Assembly (NCBI RefSeq): GCF_018350175.1
Contig: NC_058368.1
Coordinates: forward strand, 74,154,001-74,218,000
Direction: 5' to 3'
Origin: Felis catus
Taxonomy: Eukaryota
DNA length: 64,000 nt
The notes under the pieces were generated by a model, which was given only the letters and a program-made list of their open reading frames with translations, did no database searches and was not told the DNA's origin. Below, one piece after another: positions 38,424 to 51,915 of the stretch; positions within the stretch are counted from its first letter, which is position 1, and each line of letters starts with the position of its first letter. The position numbers were made by a program, and so were the translations under genes.

Positions 38424-38658
38424 TATTTATTTATTTATTTTTAAATTTTTTTAAACATTTTTTATTATTTATTTTTGAGACAGAGAGAGAGCATGAACAG
38501 GGGAGGGTCAGAGAAAGAGGGAGACACAGTATCCGAAACAGGCTCCAGGCTCCGAGCTGTCAGCATAGAGCCCGACGCGGGGCTCGAACTCACGGACCGT
38601 GAGATCATGACCTGAGACAAAGTCGGATGCTTAACCGACTGAGCCACCCAGGCGCCCC
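38424..38658 (-). mobile_element. CanSINE inserted in the tail of an older SINE
   Basis: TSD taaagattttattt 38410-38423 and 38659-38672. Confidence 0.96.
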
Positions 38659-38763
38659 TAAAGATTTTATTTTTAAGTAATCTCTGTATGCAGTGTGAGG
38701 CTCAGACTAATAACCCCAAGATCAAGAGTCACATGCTTTCATGACTGAGCCAGCCGCATGCCC
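38659..38763 (-). mobile_element. Older short carnivore SINE
   Basis: aagtaatctct...aaccccaagatcaagagtcacatgct...gactgagccagcc. Confidence 0.85.
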
Positions 38764-40204
38764 TATTTTATAATTTAACTTAAGAAAAAGACAATGTTGC
38801 TTTTTGGCATTTTTAGTAGAATTCTCAGGGGAAAATCCTAATTTTAAAAAGTGTCACACTTCCTCCTTGAGAGGCTGCACTGTGTAGTCATGCTCTCAGT
38901 TAGTCAGCTGACAGATATAACTATCATGCATTTTTTTTTCAACTCATTTCCAGGAGTCAAGTATCTCTTACAGTGGTTGGCACAGGGTGAGTTTGCATTG
39001 CATGCTTTTGGTTACTGGGAATTAAGAGCATATATATCAAATCACATCTGATAGTTATGGTAGCAATTTGTCACTCATGTTTGCAACTGTGAAATATTGC
39101 TAAAACCAACTGATGGTTAAAAATACCCATTCTGTATTGGTTGGATTAGTCCATTTCATCCATCACTCACAAAAATGAATGAGGACAAATATGTTGCTTA
39201 ATGCATGCCCTTTGGGTATGCACTATAAAATTACACACTATAGTCAATTATTTTCAGTTTTGCATTATTTTGTTAAGAATTGTGTTGTTCATCCCTCCGC
39301 CATATCTTATATTTGAACATCAAAAAATTCAGGAAAATATAATAAATTTGCATTTTAACAAGTAATTTATGAAGACTTAAAAGAAAATCTGGCTCGGGTA
39401 GACAATGAGTCTAAATTGTGAGAGTTAAATAATCACATTTCACGGCCCATGTATTAGGAAATGCACGTTATAGTTTCACAGGTATTCTAGGCTATGTTAC
39501 TAATGAAGCAATTTGCTCTGCGTCCAGTCCCATTTTACTTGCTGTCATCAACGATTAAAGAATGCCATGGAAGGGTCACTCTGGATTAGCACCCTGTCTT
39601 TGCAGAGATCCCCACTTAAAGGAGAAGGATTTTCATTTGTGTTCTGGGCGATGCCACAGGTTAAAGTCATTCAACAGAAGTAGTATTTTTCTAAATGTTT
39701 TCATTAGGCAGTTATCATTGAAGTAGACAAATGTTGAAACATCCCCAAGTGAAACAATCTATTTATATGGTTCAGAAACTTACTTAACACAGGACTGGGT
39801 ACACCTTGAAGCCATCTCCAGAGAGGAGGTAAACAAATCAAGCAAACAATAAGAACACGACGATAATAAGAAACAAGCAAACCTGGGAGTTTTAAGGGAA
39901 CATTTACTACTTAAGGAAAAGAACTGTGCCATATCTATCTACTCATCAATTTCCCTCATAGCTCATACCACGATAGCACCTACAATGAAGCCCATAGCTA
40001 CACCAGACCAGAGTTCTTCTTGAAGAAGATGAAAGCAACGACAAAGACCTCTTATATCTTTCCTTCTCCCTTTTAAAATATGACTCGTATCTATTTTTAT
40101 GTTGATTTTGGAGTCAGAGAGTAAAAAAGACAGGAAGTCACACAACATAGCATTCACCTTGCAAAATGTGACAATACAAACAACTGCCAAAAGCATAGAG
40201 CTTT

Positions 40205-40406
40205 GGGGGACACAGGGGTGGTCGGTTAAGCATCTGACTCTTGATTTCTATTCAGGTCATGACCTCATGGTTCATGAGATCAAGCCCTGCATCAGGTTCT
40301 GACAGTGCAGAGCCTGTGTGGGACTCTCTCTCTCCCTCTCCGTCTCTACCCCTCCCCTCCTTGTGTGCACACTCTCTCTCAAAATAAATAAGACAACTTA
40401 AAAAAA
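40205..40406 (+). mobile_element. CanSINE (diverged)
   Basis: gtcggttaagcatctgactcttgattt...CT linker, A tail. Confidence 0.93.
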
Positions 40407-40550
40407 GTGTAGCGTTTTTTTATTGAGAGCTGTATTAAGTCATTCAAGTGATTTACTTCCCTAAAATGAATTTAGTTCTGTGTCAACTGTGTGTAGTCTC
40501 ATCCACAGAAGTGCATACATACCACTCCTTTTAAAAATTAAAGAAAAATT

Positions 40551-40752
40551 GGGGAGCCTGTGTGGCTCAGTCGGTTGAGCGCCGGACTTCGGCTCAGGTC
40601 ATGGTCTCGTGGTGCGTGGGTTCGAGCCCCGCGTCGGGCTCTGTGCTGACAGCTCGGAGCCTGGAGCCTGTTTCGGATTCTGTGTCTCCCTCTTTCTCTG
40701 ACCCTCCTCTGTTCATGCTCTCTCTCTGTCTCAAAAATAAATAAATGTTAAA
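40551..40752 (+). mobile_element. CanSINE
   Basis: TSD aaaaattaaagaaaaat. Confidence 0.96.
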
Positions 40753-41247
40753 AAAAATTAAAGAAAAATACACATGACTGTTATTGATGGCTGAGAAATC
40801 ACACACTATTTAAAATAATCCTCGTCTTAGAGTTCGTAGAATAGAATTCTACTTGCACACAGAATCATGCCTTGAAATAATAAACCTTTATTGACCATTT
40901 AACATGTGTCAGCCATTTGCTTATGAATTAAGGCAATTTAACTATAAGTGTGCATGTATGGGTTTATGTATATATGTATCTGTGCATGTATGTATGCTTG
41001 TATGTATTTAGTAATTATTTAACCAGACTTGGCTGCTACAAAATGATTTGTTTTGAAATGTGGAAGCAAGCTAGCGTTTTTTAAATTTGTATTTGAAATT
41101 TCTAATAAACCTTGACAGTGCCTTTTGGAGGAACAGCATACATTTTTTTTTTTTAAGTGCAACTTGTTGGGTCTCAAGGCCTGATTTCTTTGAGAAATGC
41201 CACATTAATCTTTGCACCGCAGTATCAGCCTAAAGAAGGGGCAGTGA

Positions 41248-41470
41248 GGGACGCCTGGGTGGCACAGTCGGTTAAGCGTCCGACTTCAGCCAGGTCACGA
41301 TCTCGCAGTCCGGGAGTTCGAGCCCCGTGTCAGGCTCTGGGCTGATGGCTCAGAGCCTGGAGTCTGTTTCTGATTCTGTGTCTCCCTCTCTCTCTGCCCC
41401 TCCCCCGTTCATGCTCTGTCTCTCTCTGTCCCAAAAATAAATAAACGTTGAAAAAAAAAATTAAAAAAAA
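41248..41470 (+). mobile_element. Young felid CanSINE
   Basis: Perfect 16-bp TSD aaagaaggggcagtga 41232-41247 and 41471-41486. Confidence 0.97.
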
Positions 41471-42382
41471 AAAGAAGGGGCAGTGATATTGCCCCTGCTA
41501 ACTGAATGAGGAAACAATTTGCAGGGAGATTTCTAAAACCATTAGAAAAGGTGCACTTCAAGAGAATCCCCAGATAAAAGACACAAGTAAAATAACTGGC
41601 AAATAGAAGTCCATAAAATAGTAACTATTTATTGAATTCTTGGGCGGTACTAACACAGAGGCCTTTCTATAAATTATATCATATGATCTCCAGAAAACTC
41701 TATGGTAGTCTCTACTGATACTTCCAAGTTACAGGAAGGAAGAGACTCAGGCAAGTTTCAGACCCAGGAGTTGTATCTCAGTTCATGCTTTTAATTGTCT
41801 ATCAAACATGTACATAAATTTGGCAAACAGACTTGCTTTTTTTGGAGCAAACATTTGTAGCTGACCTCTAATCTAAGAGGCAGATTTGCAGTCAATTTCC
41901 TGTTCTTTGGACACCAGCTGCAGCCACTAATCAAAGGGCATTTACTTGCAACCTTCAGAAGGAGGTGAATAGTCCATTTGGTTTTAGCAGCAGGTGCACA
42001 CATCAAAATTAGAATTAGTAGTTTCAGAGCATATATGTGGTGAATTATTGTTCATTCCTCTATCTTCTTAACTTCTTAAACTCAAAAGCATAATTCCATA
42101 GTCCACATTATGAAGCGTTAGCAAGGAAGATGTTCTTTAACATGTCCATATATAGAAACATTTATCTGTTTAAATATTTGATAAAGACATTGAAAATAGA
42201 CGTAATGCACTATTAAGCCTGGGAATATCTCCAAGAAAGGTAATGTGTGTTTATAGAAGTAATAAAAGTATTTAACAACTAGTGCAGTTTGGGCTCTAGC
42301 CAGTCAGAATGGGTGTTGACTATAAATGACATATTTGAATGTATAAATTGGACAGTGTTTTGAACAACTAGAAATATGTGGG

Positions 42383-42980
42383 TGTTACGGACAGAATTTT
42401 ATCCCCTCACAGTCATATGTTGAAGCCTTAACTCCCAATGAGACTGTACTTGGAAATAGGGCCATTTATTTATTTATTTATTTATTTATATTTTAACGTT
42501 TATTTATTTTTGAGAGAGGGAGTGAGCAGGGGAGGGGCAGAGGATCCGAAATGGGCTCTGCATTGACAGCTAAGCGCCCCGTGAGGGGCTCAAACTCACA
42601 AACCACGAGATCATAACCTGAGCCAAAGTCAGATGCTTAACCAACTGAGCCACCCAGGTGCCCCAGAGACAGGTCCTTTAAGGACGCAGTGAAGTTAAAT
42701 GAATTCCAGAAGGTGTGGCCCTAATGCGATAGGACTGGGGTCTTTACAATAAGGGGAAAAGATACCAGGAGCATGTACACAAAGGGAAGGCCATGGGAAG
42801 ACCCAGTGAGAAAGTGGCCATCTATCAAAACTAAAGAGTAGGTTTCACCAGAAACCAATTCTGCTGACACCTTGATCTTGGACATCCAGCCTCTAGAACT
42901 GTGAAAAAAGAAAGTCCTATGTAAGCCTCCCCCAGCCCCAGTCCATGGTATTTTGTTATGGGAGTCCCAGAAGGTTCACG
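42383..42980 (+). mobile_element. MaLR LTR (MLT1A-like), interrupted by a SINE
   Basis: catatgttgaagccttaactcccaatg...ctgctgacaccttgatcttggac...cagcctctagaactgtga...atggtattttgttatgg. Confidence 0.88.
42466..42664 (-). mobile_element. CanSINE
   Basis: (TTTA)n tail, body ending cacccaggtgcccc. Confidence 0.94.
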
Positions 42981-43283
42981 TAGTGAGGGTAACTATTTGT
43001 GTTCAAAGGTATTTTTTCCTTTGATTGTTAAAAATCAAAGTTATATAAGAAAAGAACTGAAATAGTGTAACATGTCTTATAACAACAACATTAAAGAAAA
43101 TCAGTCTTGGAGTTCTGTTTCTTAAAAGGTGTCACTTTTATGTCATTTTTAACTATTTCTCCTGGAATATATCTTTATATTTGTAAGTAAACTACTTTTC
43201 AATATTTTTATTATTTCAATATTAACTAATAAATTAAAAATACAAAAGATATGAACTCAACTGTCATCTCTCTGCACTGGAAT

Positions 43284-43287
<4 letters not shown>

Positions 43288-43322
<35 letters not shown>
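43288..43322. repeat. (AC)n microsatellite
   Basis: Direct. Confidence 0.95.
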
Positions 43323-43324
<2 letters not shown>

Positions 43325-43597
43325 CCCCCTTTCCTTGATCTTTTTGAAATAGCTGTATCAGAATTTTCAGTAAAATCAACATAAAGTGTTTATATTATCA
43401 TGGCTATGTTAATAATATTTTAATGAAATTATGCTAATATTCTATGATTATATATTTCTGCTTTAAATTTTTATTTTCTCTAGAGTTAATAATAGACCTG
43501 TTTTTCCATTTGGTTAATTGTGTAGTAGATATCAAAAATTCATTTAGTAAATCTCTTACCAAAATATATATCAACTTTAAATACTTTCAAATTATTG

Positions 43598-43658
43598 TTT
43601 CCTTCCTTCCTTCCTTCCTTCCTTCCTTCCTTCCTTCCTTCCTTCCTTCCTTCCTTTT

Positions 43659-43714
<56 letters not shown>

Positions 43715-43718
43715 TCCT
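43598..43718. repeat. Compound (TTCC)n(TTTC)n polypyrimidine microsatellite
   Basis: Direct; explains the low-complexity ORFs at 43444-43792. Confidence 0.95.
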
Positions 43719-44092
43719 TTTCTTTTTCCCTTGGGGTTATTTCTCTGTATTTAACCCTGTATACTGACTCTCTAGGCCTGCCCACTGGCTGATATCTCTG
43801 GATACCCTTTCCTATTCTGATATTTCCCTTTAACTCTCTCCTAGTTTAGGTTTTATGTTTCTGAATTCCATGTTCTACTGTGTCTAGTTTGGTTCTTCAT
43901 TTTGGTGGATGAAACCTTATAGCAGTTTCTTGAGGGAAGGGTGCATGGAGGGTCAATTTTTGAGATATTTAATGTGTGAATGTGTCTTTATTTTTCAAAA
44001 TGCTCATTAGGTTCATAATTTGACTGGGCATAAAAATCTTCCTTGGAAATACTGTATTTTGATAACTCCTAACATGGGATTTACCCTCTGGA

Positions 44093-44175
44093 AAAAATGT
44101 GTAGATTCAGAACGGTTTAATAACTTAAACATAAGACCCGAAACCACAAAACTCCTCGAAGAAAACTAGATAAGG
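44093..44175 (+). mobile_element. Short sense L1 ORF2 segment, inverted relative to the adjacent L1
   Basis: acttaaacataagacccgaaaccacaaaactcctcgaagaaaac (LNIRPETTKLLEEN). Confidence 0.75.
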
Positions 44176-44184
44176 AGGAAAACT

Positions 44185-45800
44185 CTAGTTCTATTTTTTT
44201 TGTATGTAGTTGTCCAGTTTTTTCAACACTATGTATTGAAAAGACCATCCTTTCCCTATTGTGTGTTACTGTTGATGATCAGTTGACCATATATGTGTAG
44301 ACTTATTTTGAGGTCTCTATTCTATTTCATTCATCTACATGTCTGTCTGTCTTTATGCCAGTGCCATACTATTTTGATTAATGTAGCTTTGTAATGTATT
44401 TTGAATCAGGAACTATAATACCTCTAGCTTTGTTCTCTTTTCTTAAGATTGATCTGGTTATTTGTAGTTTTTGTGGTTCCATGTAAATTTTAGGATAGCT
44501 TTTTTTCTATTTATGTCAAACAATGCCATTAGGATGTTTATAAGGGTTACATTAAATTTGTGGATGATTTTGGTTAATAGGGACATTTTACTAAATATTA
44601 AGTTTTCCAATTCATTAATATAAAATGTCTTTCCATTTGTTTGTGTCTTCATTTCTTTAATCAATGTTTTATAGTTTTCAATATAGAATTTTTTCATCTC
44701 CTGAGTTTAGTCCAAAGTATTTTATTCTTTATGGTACTATTATAAATTGAATTATATTTCTAATTTCCCTTTCAGATTTTTTGGTGTATAGAAACACAAC
44801 TGATATCTATATGTTGATTTTGTGTCCTGCGACTGTACTGAATTTGTTTTTCAGTTCTTAGAGTTTCTTATGAAATCTTTAGGATTTTCTCTATATAAGT
44901 TCATGTTGCCTGCAAACAGGGGTGATTTTATGCATCATTTCTGATTTAGATGCTTTGTATTTTTATTTTTCCTATCTAATTGCTCTGGCAAGGACCTCCA
45001 GTACTGTGCTGCATAGAAGTGTCCAGAATGGGTCTTTCCCTTGTACCTGATCTTAGGAAAACTCTTCACCATTGAGTATGATGTTAGCTGTGAGATTTTC
45101 ATATGACTTTTATTGTTAAACTAATTTCCTTCTATTCATAGTTTTTATTTGTTTGGTTTTTGAGCATGAAATAGTGTTGAATTTTGTCAAACACTTTTTT
45201 TCTCCATCTATTTAGATGATCATGTAATTTTGATTCTTCATTCTGTTAGTGTGGTGTATTGCATTAATTGATTTCTGAATGTTGTAACACTCTTGCATCC
45301 CAAGGACAGATTAGCTCTGTCATGATGTATGGCACTTTTAATGTGCTGTTAGATTCATTTTACAAGCATTTTGCTGAAGACTTTTGTATCTACATTCATC
45401 AGGGATATTGGTTTGTAGTTTTCTTGTGGTGTCTTTGTCTGGATTTTGTATTGGGGTATTGCTCATAAAATAAGTTTGGAAGTGTTTTTTCCTTTCTTTA
45501 ATTTTTTGGCAAAGTTTGAGAAGGATTGTTGTTAATTCTTCTTTAAGTGTTTGGTAGAATTTATCAGTGAAACCATCTAGTCCTGGGACAATCTTTGTTG
45601 GGAAGTTTTTGATCACTGATTCAATCTCCATAGTAGGTATATATATCTTCAGACTTTGTCTTCATGACTTAATCATGTTAGGTTGTATGTTTTTAAGAAT
45701 TTATCCGTTTCTTCTGTGTTATCCAGTTTGTTGGTATACAATTGCTTATAGTAGTCCCTTTTTGTTTCTGTGGTATCAGTTGTAATTTCTCTTTCATAGA
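44185..45800 (-). mobile_element. L1 ORF2 (RT region) fragment, decayed
   Basis: ORF-track peptides EIESVIKNFPTK..PGLDGFTDKFYQTLKEEL and YIENYKTLIKE match L1 ORF2p; many stops and frameshifts. Confidence 0.92.
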
Positions 45801-46700
45801 AAATCTTCTTTATTCATAACTTAAAAACATTTCTCTATGTATTTTCCACAGTTATTCACATTCTGAAGCTTGATCATTTGCATGCAACTTATTTGTTTCC
45901 ATGGTAATTTAAAATTATGAGGTGTCCTCAAGATTCTGAAATTTCATGAGGATAAAGCTTTATTGTGGTCACTTTTTATTCATTTTGTTAAGCGTTGTAG
46001 CATTTTCATTTGGAAGCCATGTCTTCCATGGGACAATTAAAATATATATGTATATATATTTGATTAAATTATTCTTCTTTCTAACTCTTTATATTCTTCT
46101 TTACTTTCTCACTTTTTGATTTTTAGAACTCTTATTATTTGTATGTTGGGCTTCCTGGGATGCTCTTTACATTTCTTAACTTTTTACTCCTATTGTTTCC
46201 TATTTTATGGAAATTATCTCACTTTTATAATTTACATATGTTATTGATTTATTTTTAACTTAGTTGTATGTTTAATTTTCTAAATCCCAACTTTTTTCCC
46301 CAAACATAACCATTTATAGTACTCTGTTCTTCTCTTGTGGGTGCAATATAGTTTTTTACTTTTTGAAGATAATGATTATAGATTTTGAAGGTTTTTTATC
46401 GGCTCCCTTCATTTTCTGTGTTTCCTCTCAATACCATTGTTTGTTTCCTTATCTGTGTTGATATGTGTCTGTCTTGTTAGAGGCTTTCCTCAGATGTCTA
46501 GTAGTAGTAATTCTCTTTGTGTTTATGCTTATTAAAGTTAAGGACCAAATATCTGATTGTAATCCTGGAAAGAATGTTTAATGTCTTCTTCATTTCAGTG
46601 ATTGGATAAAGCCAATTTTGGGGGGTCTCCCACTGTTGGTATGTGTATATTTCTTAGAGAAGGTAGTGGCTCCAAAGTGAAATTTCAATCTGTCGCCAAC
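45800..46700 (-). mobile_element. Older L1M fragment (likely host of the L1 above, continuing from ~43130-44050)
   Basis: tctgaaatttcatgaggata, gtatgttgggcttcctgga, aggctttcctcagatgtct motifs. Confidence 0.55.
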
Positions 46701-46719
46701 AATTAAGCAATTTCTTAGA

Positions 46720-47100
46720 CTATTGGTTAAGACTACTGGTTTCTATACTAAAGACACCAATGAATGCAAAATCTGCAACAATATGGAGGTTGGTTTTCTT
46801 CCCTGAGAGGGACTCAGTATAAGTAGGTAGGACAAGACAGGTAGGAACCCCCACTCTACAAGACCATCTTAATTCCTGACCAGAGGAAAGGAGGAAAGTA
46901 AGAGTGTAGACTAAGCAGCTGTGTCTTAAATATATGATATGCAAGTTGTACATATCATTCCCGTTTGCATCCCATTGGTGAAAATGTAAGCATATGGCCC
47001 TACCTAGCTGCAACAGAAACTTTGAAAAGCAATGTTTGCTTGTGTACTCAGCTAAAACTAGGGCTTCCACTGAAAAAAGGAAGAGAGACAGGATAGATAT
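46720..47100 (-). mobile_element. MaLR LTR (MLT1J-like)
   Basis: catcccattgg...atatggccctacctagctgcaa...tactcagctaaaac. Confidence 0.7.
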
Positions 47101-48237
47101 TTATAAAAAAATTTTTTCAGGGTCACACAGGAGCCAAATACTTGAAGTTGGCAATCTCAGCATTTAGCCTATAGGTGTCCACTTAATTTCACAGTCAGTG
47201 TCATGGGTGCACCATCAGCGGTGCCTGCTACCCTAGTCAGGGATCCCACTTTTTCTTGCTGGTTTGCTTCTTAGTTGGCTTCTTTGATTTTAAAGCTCCA
47301 GTTGTCTGCCTTAGAGTGGGAGGCATGGTTGCCTGGCTTGGTAGCTTGGGATAGAAACTGTCTTCTTTCTGCATTTTCAGTTGACTCTTCTCTTTTCAGC
47401 CCTATGAGAAACACTGCTTTGGGGCAAGCTGATGCCTCCAATTCTTGAGTAATTCTGGGGTTCATGGTGTGAATAGGCTCTCTTTGGGCCACCCTCCGGA
47501 ATTTCTGGCCAACACCTTTGCGAGGTTCAGGTTTACCGTTCTCTAGCTAAGTCCTAGTTTGCGAACAGGCTTACTTTGCAGCTTCCCAAATTTTGTAGTT
47601 GTTGTTTTCTCACCCATTCTCTTTGCCATTGTAGATATATGCCTTTTAAAAACTAATCATTCTTTTCATTCCATTTTTCACAGAGTCTTTATGTGGTTAC
47701 CTATCTTGGTAGCAGGTAGAGATAATAGAATACGACAAAATAGATTCTTCTCTGGCTTCCCTTCTGGGAAAATCAGAAGATCCAGAATAAAGAAATTGAG
47801 ACCTAGGGAAAATATATTCATTGCTGCACGGGAGAGATATTGCAGTTTGACCCTAAGAAATTCCCTCTTCATACTGCTGTGTCTATTTAATTTTGTAGCA
47901 AAACTATGTAAACTCACAGGAATGCTAAATGAGTTGGAGCGTTGATCTCAATAAAGTGGAAAGGAAGAAACTTGTAGTCTGACAATGCTTAATCCACCAA
48001 CATCTGCTGGTATGGTGGGCCAGGTCAAGGAAAACAAAGATGAGGCTATGCACATTTAAGTGAAAAGCCTCATAGGAGTTTATGACTGGAAACGTGGTTC
48101 CTGGGCATTAGACAATTAGCAGAGATCATCGTAAAAGATGAGGACTTTGTGGGGTTGGCCAGTGAACTGTAGGTGACTATTCTGCGAAAAGCTGGAGTAT
48201 GAAATCAGGAGGTCCAGTAATGGCTAAAGATAAATTC

Positions 48238-48690
48238 TATTAAACTTAAAAGCAAAACTTCCAGTTACTTTACCAGCAAAAGATGGGTTTACTCGGGAAT
48301 AAAAGAGAATTGCAATCCAGGACAAACAAGCTGCAACAAAATCCTAGGAAAGTCCAGGGAAGTACGTTCTTTTTTTTTTTTTTTTTCTTTTAAGGAGAAA
48401 AGGGGTATAGCTGTTATGAACTAAAATTCCATTGGACAAAACTGGAAGCTCAAAGTGTGGTGCCTTCTCATTGGTTGAGCTGTTGCTGGGGTAGGGAAGG
48501 AAAGGGTCTCCTCCTCTGGCTGAAGTAATAGGGTAGTATCCATTGCAAGGTCAAGTCTATGTAAGGTCAAGTCCGTCTCTCCCTTTTGGGTCGAGGACTG
48601 GTTGATTAGGACTGGTAGGACATGAGAGCTCCCCATGCCAAAAGCTCCCCCACTTTATTTTAATGAGGTTTCCCATTATTGATTTTCAGA
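48238..48690 (-). mobile_element. Probable ERV1-type solo LTR
   Basis: atgggtttactcgggaat...tctcattggttgagc (CCAAT on minus)...aatgaggtttcccattattgattttca; family not assigned. Confidence 0.55.
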
Positions 48691-51270
48691 ATTCACATAC
48701 CTTGGATCTATAATTAAGAATCCACAGTTAAGAAAAACTGCTGATTTCAGCATGGATTGGAAGCAAATCCTAGCAACACAGGTATTTGGAAATTTAATAC
48801 AAGAGAACAATTCTCATTCCCAAAGGGAATAAAGAGATAAGGCCCTTTCCAATCCTGAATAAACTTAGGGATGTGCAGATGGCCCCAAAGGGACTGACTG
48901 AGCTAATCAATCCAGGGATCCAGTCGCTAGGGATGAAATAGAAAAATTGGACTTGAGAACAATAACATAGTAAAAACCCAGTGACTAAACCAGCACGCAT
49001 GGTCATTTAGGGACTGGTGGTAAGGTCTAATTTGATAAAGCATTAAGTGACTGCTCTGAACTGCTTAAAAATAAACTTGGTCTTGAGTTTTAAGAGGCTG
49101 TTTGGAGATAGATATTATATAGACTCAGGGGTGGAAATTATAGGGAAACCGAGGATTAGATTGAAGGAAATTATATATTTTTTATTTACTTTGAAACATT
49201 CCTCATTATTATCTGTCTGTCCCTTTAGCTATAATGTGTCACCTCAGTCGTTATTACCTAAAGCCCCAGGGGGAAAAGAACTGCACACTTGAAATTTTAA
49301 TTACATTGTTCTTTGTCCTTTTCTGTGAAATGCAAGGCGATAGGTCCTGCACACCAGCAGGAGATGCCTTAAGTGGGGAGTCTCTCAGTCTTCAGACAGC
49401 AAACAGTTTTCAAAGCCTCTAGTTTTGTGAGAAGACCCAATAAGCAAGGGACAAAGAGGGGTTTTACCCTAATATCTTTTTAAGAAGAATACAACAGTCT
49501 TAGCGCATGGTTCTCCTTTCTTTTCTAAATCACACTTGTCACCAGGTCTGTTTGTTTCTCTCTTTAAAATGGTCTTAATTACAGCCCTTCCTCCAGTTCT
49601 GCAGAGACTCTCATCATCTTTCTTCCACGTTGCTTCAAATGACTTCTGTCTTATCTCGGATCTCTACTTCATCCTCACTCGGGTGTGAGAGCTATCTGTC
49701 TGAAAGTTAAATATAGCTGTGTTGTTATTCCAACGCTAAAGATAAATTTCAGTGGCTTACTGCACAATAAATCTAAATTCCACCACATGGCATATGGAGA
49801 ATTTTATAATCTGTTCTGTATCTACCTTTCGAAACTTCCCCAACAAACTCTAGCCCTAGAATATCTCTCGGGTTCCATGAATATCCTTTGCTTGTGACAA
49901 CCTTCAAGGCTTTGCATCTTCTGGCTCCTCTGGTTCATGCTTGTCCATCACTTGCCAACCCGACAATCAGAAAGCACATTTTCTTCTAAAGGCAGGAATC
50001 TGGGTTAGGGAAGGAAGGGGGCCTTTCTACTCAATATCCTTTAGTGATAAGGAATGTTTTTTACCTTTTGTTATTATTGTTGATTTTGTGCTTGTTTTTT
50101 GTTTGTGTGTGGAGGATTGGGGGGGTTGTTTTTGTTTTTGTTTTTTTCCCACCAAAACTCTTGGAAGGGGAAACATGATTCCAAACTCTAGGAAAAATGC
50201 CTTTCAAATGCATCTCGTTTTCAGTGAAGGAAGTCATGGAATATTTTGGCCAGATACTTCCACTTAAAACTCTAGGATTTTTTTTTTTATCATGCCAGTT
50301 TAAAATAAATACTTAGCTAAAATATGGCACATGTCAAATCTAGAACAGAATGTCTCCCAGCTTCTAAATTCTGTGCACCCCAGCCAGATAGATGGAATGC
50401 GAATTTTGGTGAAATACAAAGTTACTGCAATGAATAAGCCCAAAGTAAAAACAGTGACATAAAAGTATATTGAATTAATTAGTAATCTCTGAGGAAACAA
50501 GAGAGTTATGTTGAAGCTGAGGAATGAGAGATGAGCACTGACAGATTGTTATGCAAATAATGACCTTCAAATTGATCTACAAGTTAAGAAGATAGGCATA
50601 ATATATTCTATACTTTATGTAGTATATAAAGGAATCAGCTAGGGAACAGAAACATTTAAAAGATTCTATCTCCAAGACAGGCTTTTCAGTCCAGTTATTT
50701 GTATGGGAAAAATCTCATTTATTTCACTGATTGTGGGGGTCTTACTTTGCCTGTGAAGACATAACTTTGTCCCCTAAAAGACAAATGTAGGAGTCCCTGA
50801 ATCACAGCTGTGGCTATCAGAAGCGTGCATCCCTGAGAAGCAGGCTTGTCCCTTGGTCAATGTATTGGTCTCTGTAGGCCCCATGCTGTGTCAGGAGACA
50901 CAAAGCATCTTACCTTAGTCGCCTTTCCTAAGCATCTTTGGGACCTGAGAAGTGTCTGGCTCACCACAATGCGAAATACCTTCTTCGCATTTGTTTCCAG
51001 AGGGATACCCTTCAAAGGGTATAGGATGCATGGGAACTCAACCAGAGCGAGATCCACTCAGGATAATCTCATTTGAAAGGAAGTCTCACCGTTGATGCTT
51101 TTCACTGGCACTTGGGATTTTTGTCAAAGGCAAATATTTTAAAATTGAACTTTAATGATGTTCCTTGACGTTCTTACACGTATGCTGCCATGTATACCTT
51201 TTCCTCATTACTACTGCATTTATCCTTGAATAATTTGGATAACTCTAGAGTTGGTACCTTATGATCCACC

Positions 51271-51291
51271 ATACACACACACACATATGCG

Positions 51292-51344
<53 letters not shown>

Positions 51345-51345
51345 G
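51271..51345. repeat. Alternating purine-pyrimidine tract (CA)n(GC)6(AC)n(AT)n
   Basis: Direct. Confidence 0.95.
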
Positions 51346-51915
51346 TTTTAAAAGCATTGCTGCCCTTGAACGCGATATGTACCTAAAGCTTATTAGCAAT
51401 GCCACTTGGGGAACATTAGATTATGTAAACTTTTAAATCTTGATATGTGATAGAATAATTCCTATTGTTATATGCAATAGAAACTGGATCCAGTTAACTT
51501 AAGGAAAATGAGAATTTATTCCCCGGATGCCAGGGGTTCCTCCAGAAGGAACAGAAGACTGATGAGCAAGACTTGTGGCATCCCCAACTAAACAACTCCA
51601 GAGGTTCTTGGAAATGCACCTGAACTTTCCTGGAAAGTTCTTGGAAGGACACCTGGGCACTGTGTTGGGAATTAATGAACTGCATGGTGACAAGTGATAA
51701 GAAGGATCTGAGGGGATGGGGCTCTGTAGAGTGTAATGCATTCCTGAATGTAACCTCCTCCCAAGGCTGGGGCTAGGTAGAAAGAATGGAAGCTAGAAGG
51801 TAAAAAAAAAAAAAACAAAAAAGCCATTAAGAAATATTAACTACATCAAAGGACTGAAGTATTATTTAGGAGAGTTAAATGAGCTTTTGTACGTGCACTG
51901 GAATAGAATAGTATA

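Noticed and set aside
43444..43792. ORFs rich in SFLP or KERK repeats
   Set aside because: Translation of the (TTCC)n(TTTC)n microsatellite
44458..45631. Active reverse transcriptase gene
   Set aside because: Fragmented L1 ORF2 with stops and frameshifts
50965..51025. Two adjacent short hairpins (also one at 8369-8398)
   Set aside because: 7-9-bp stems are expected by chance in 64 kb; no other support
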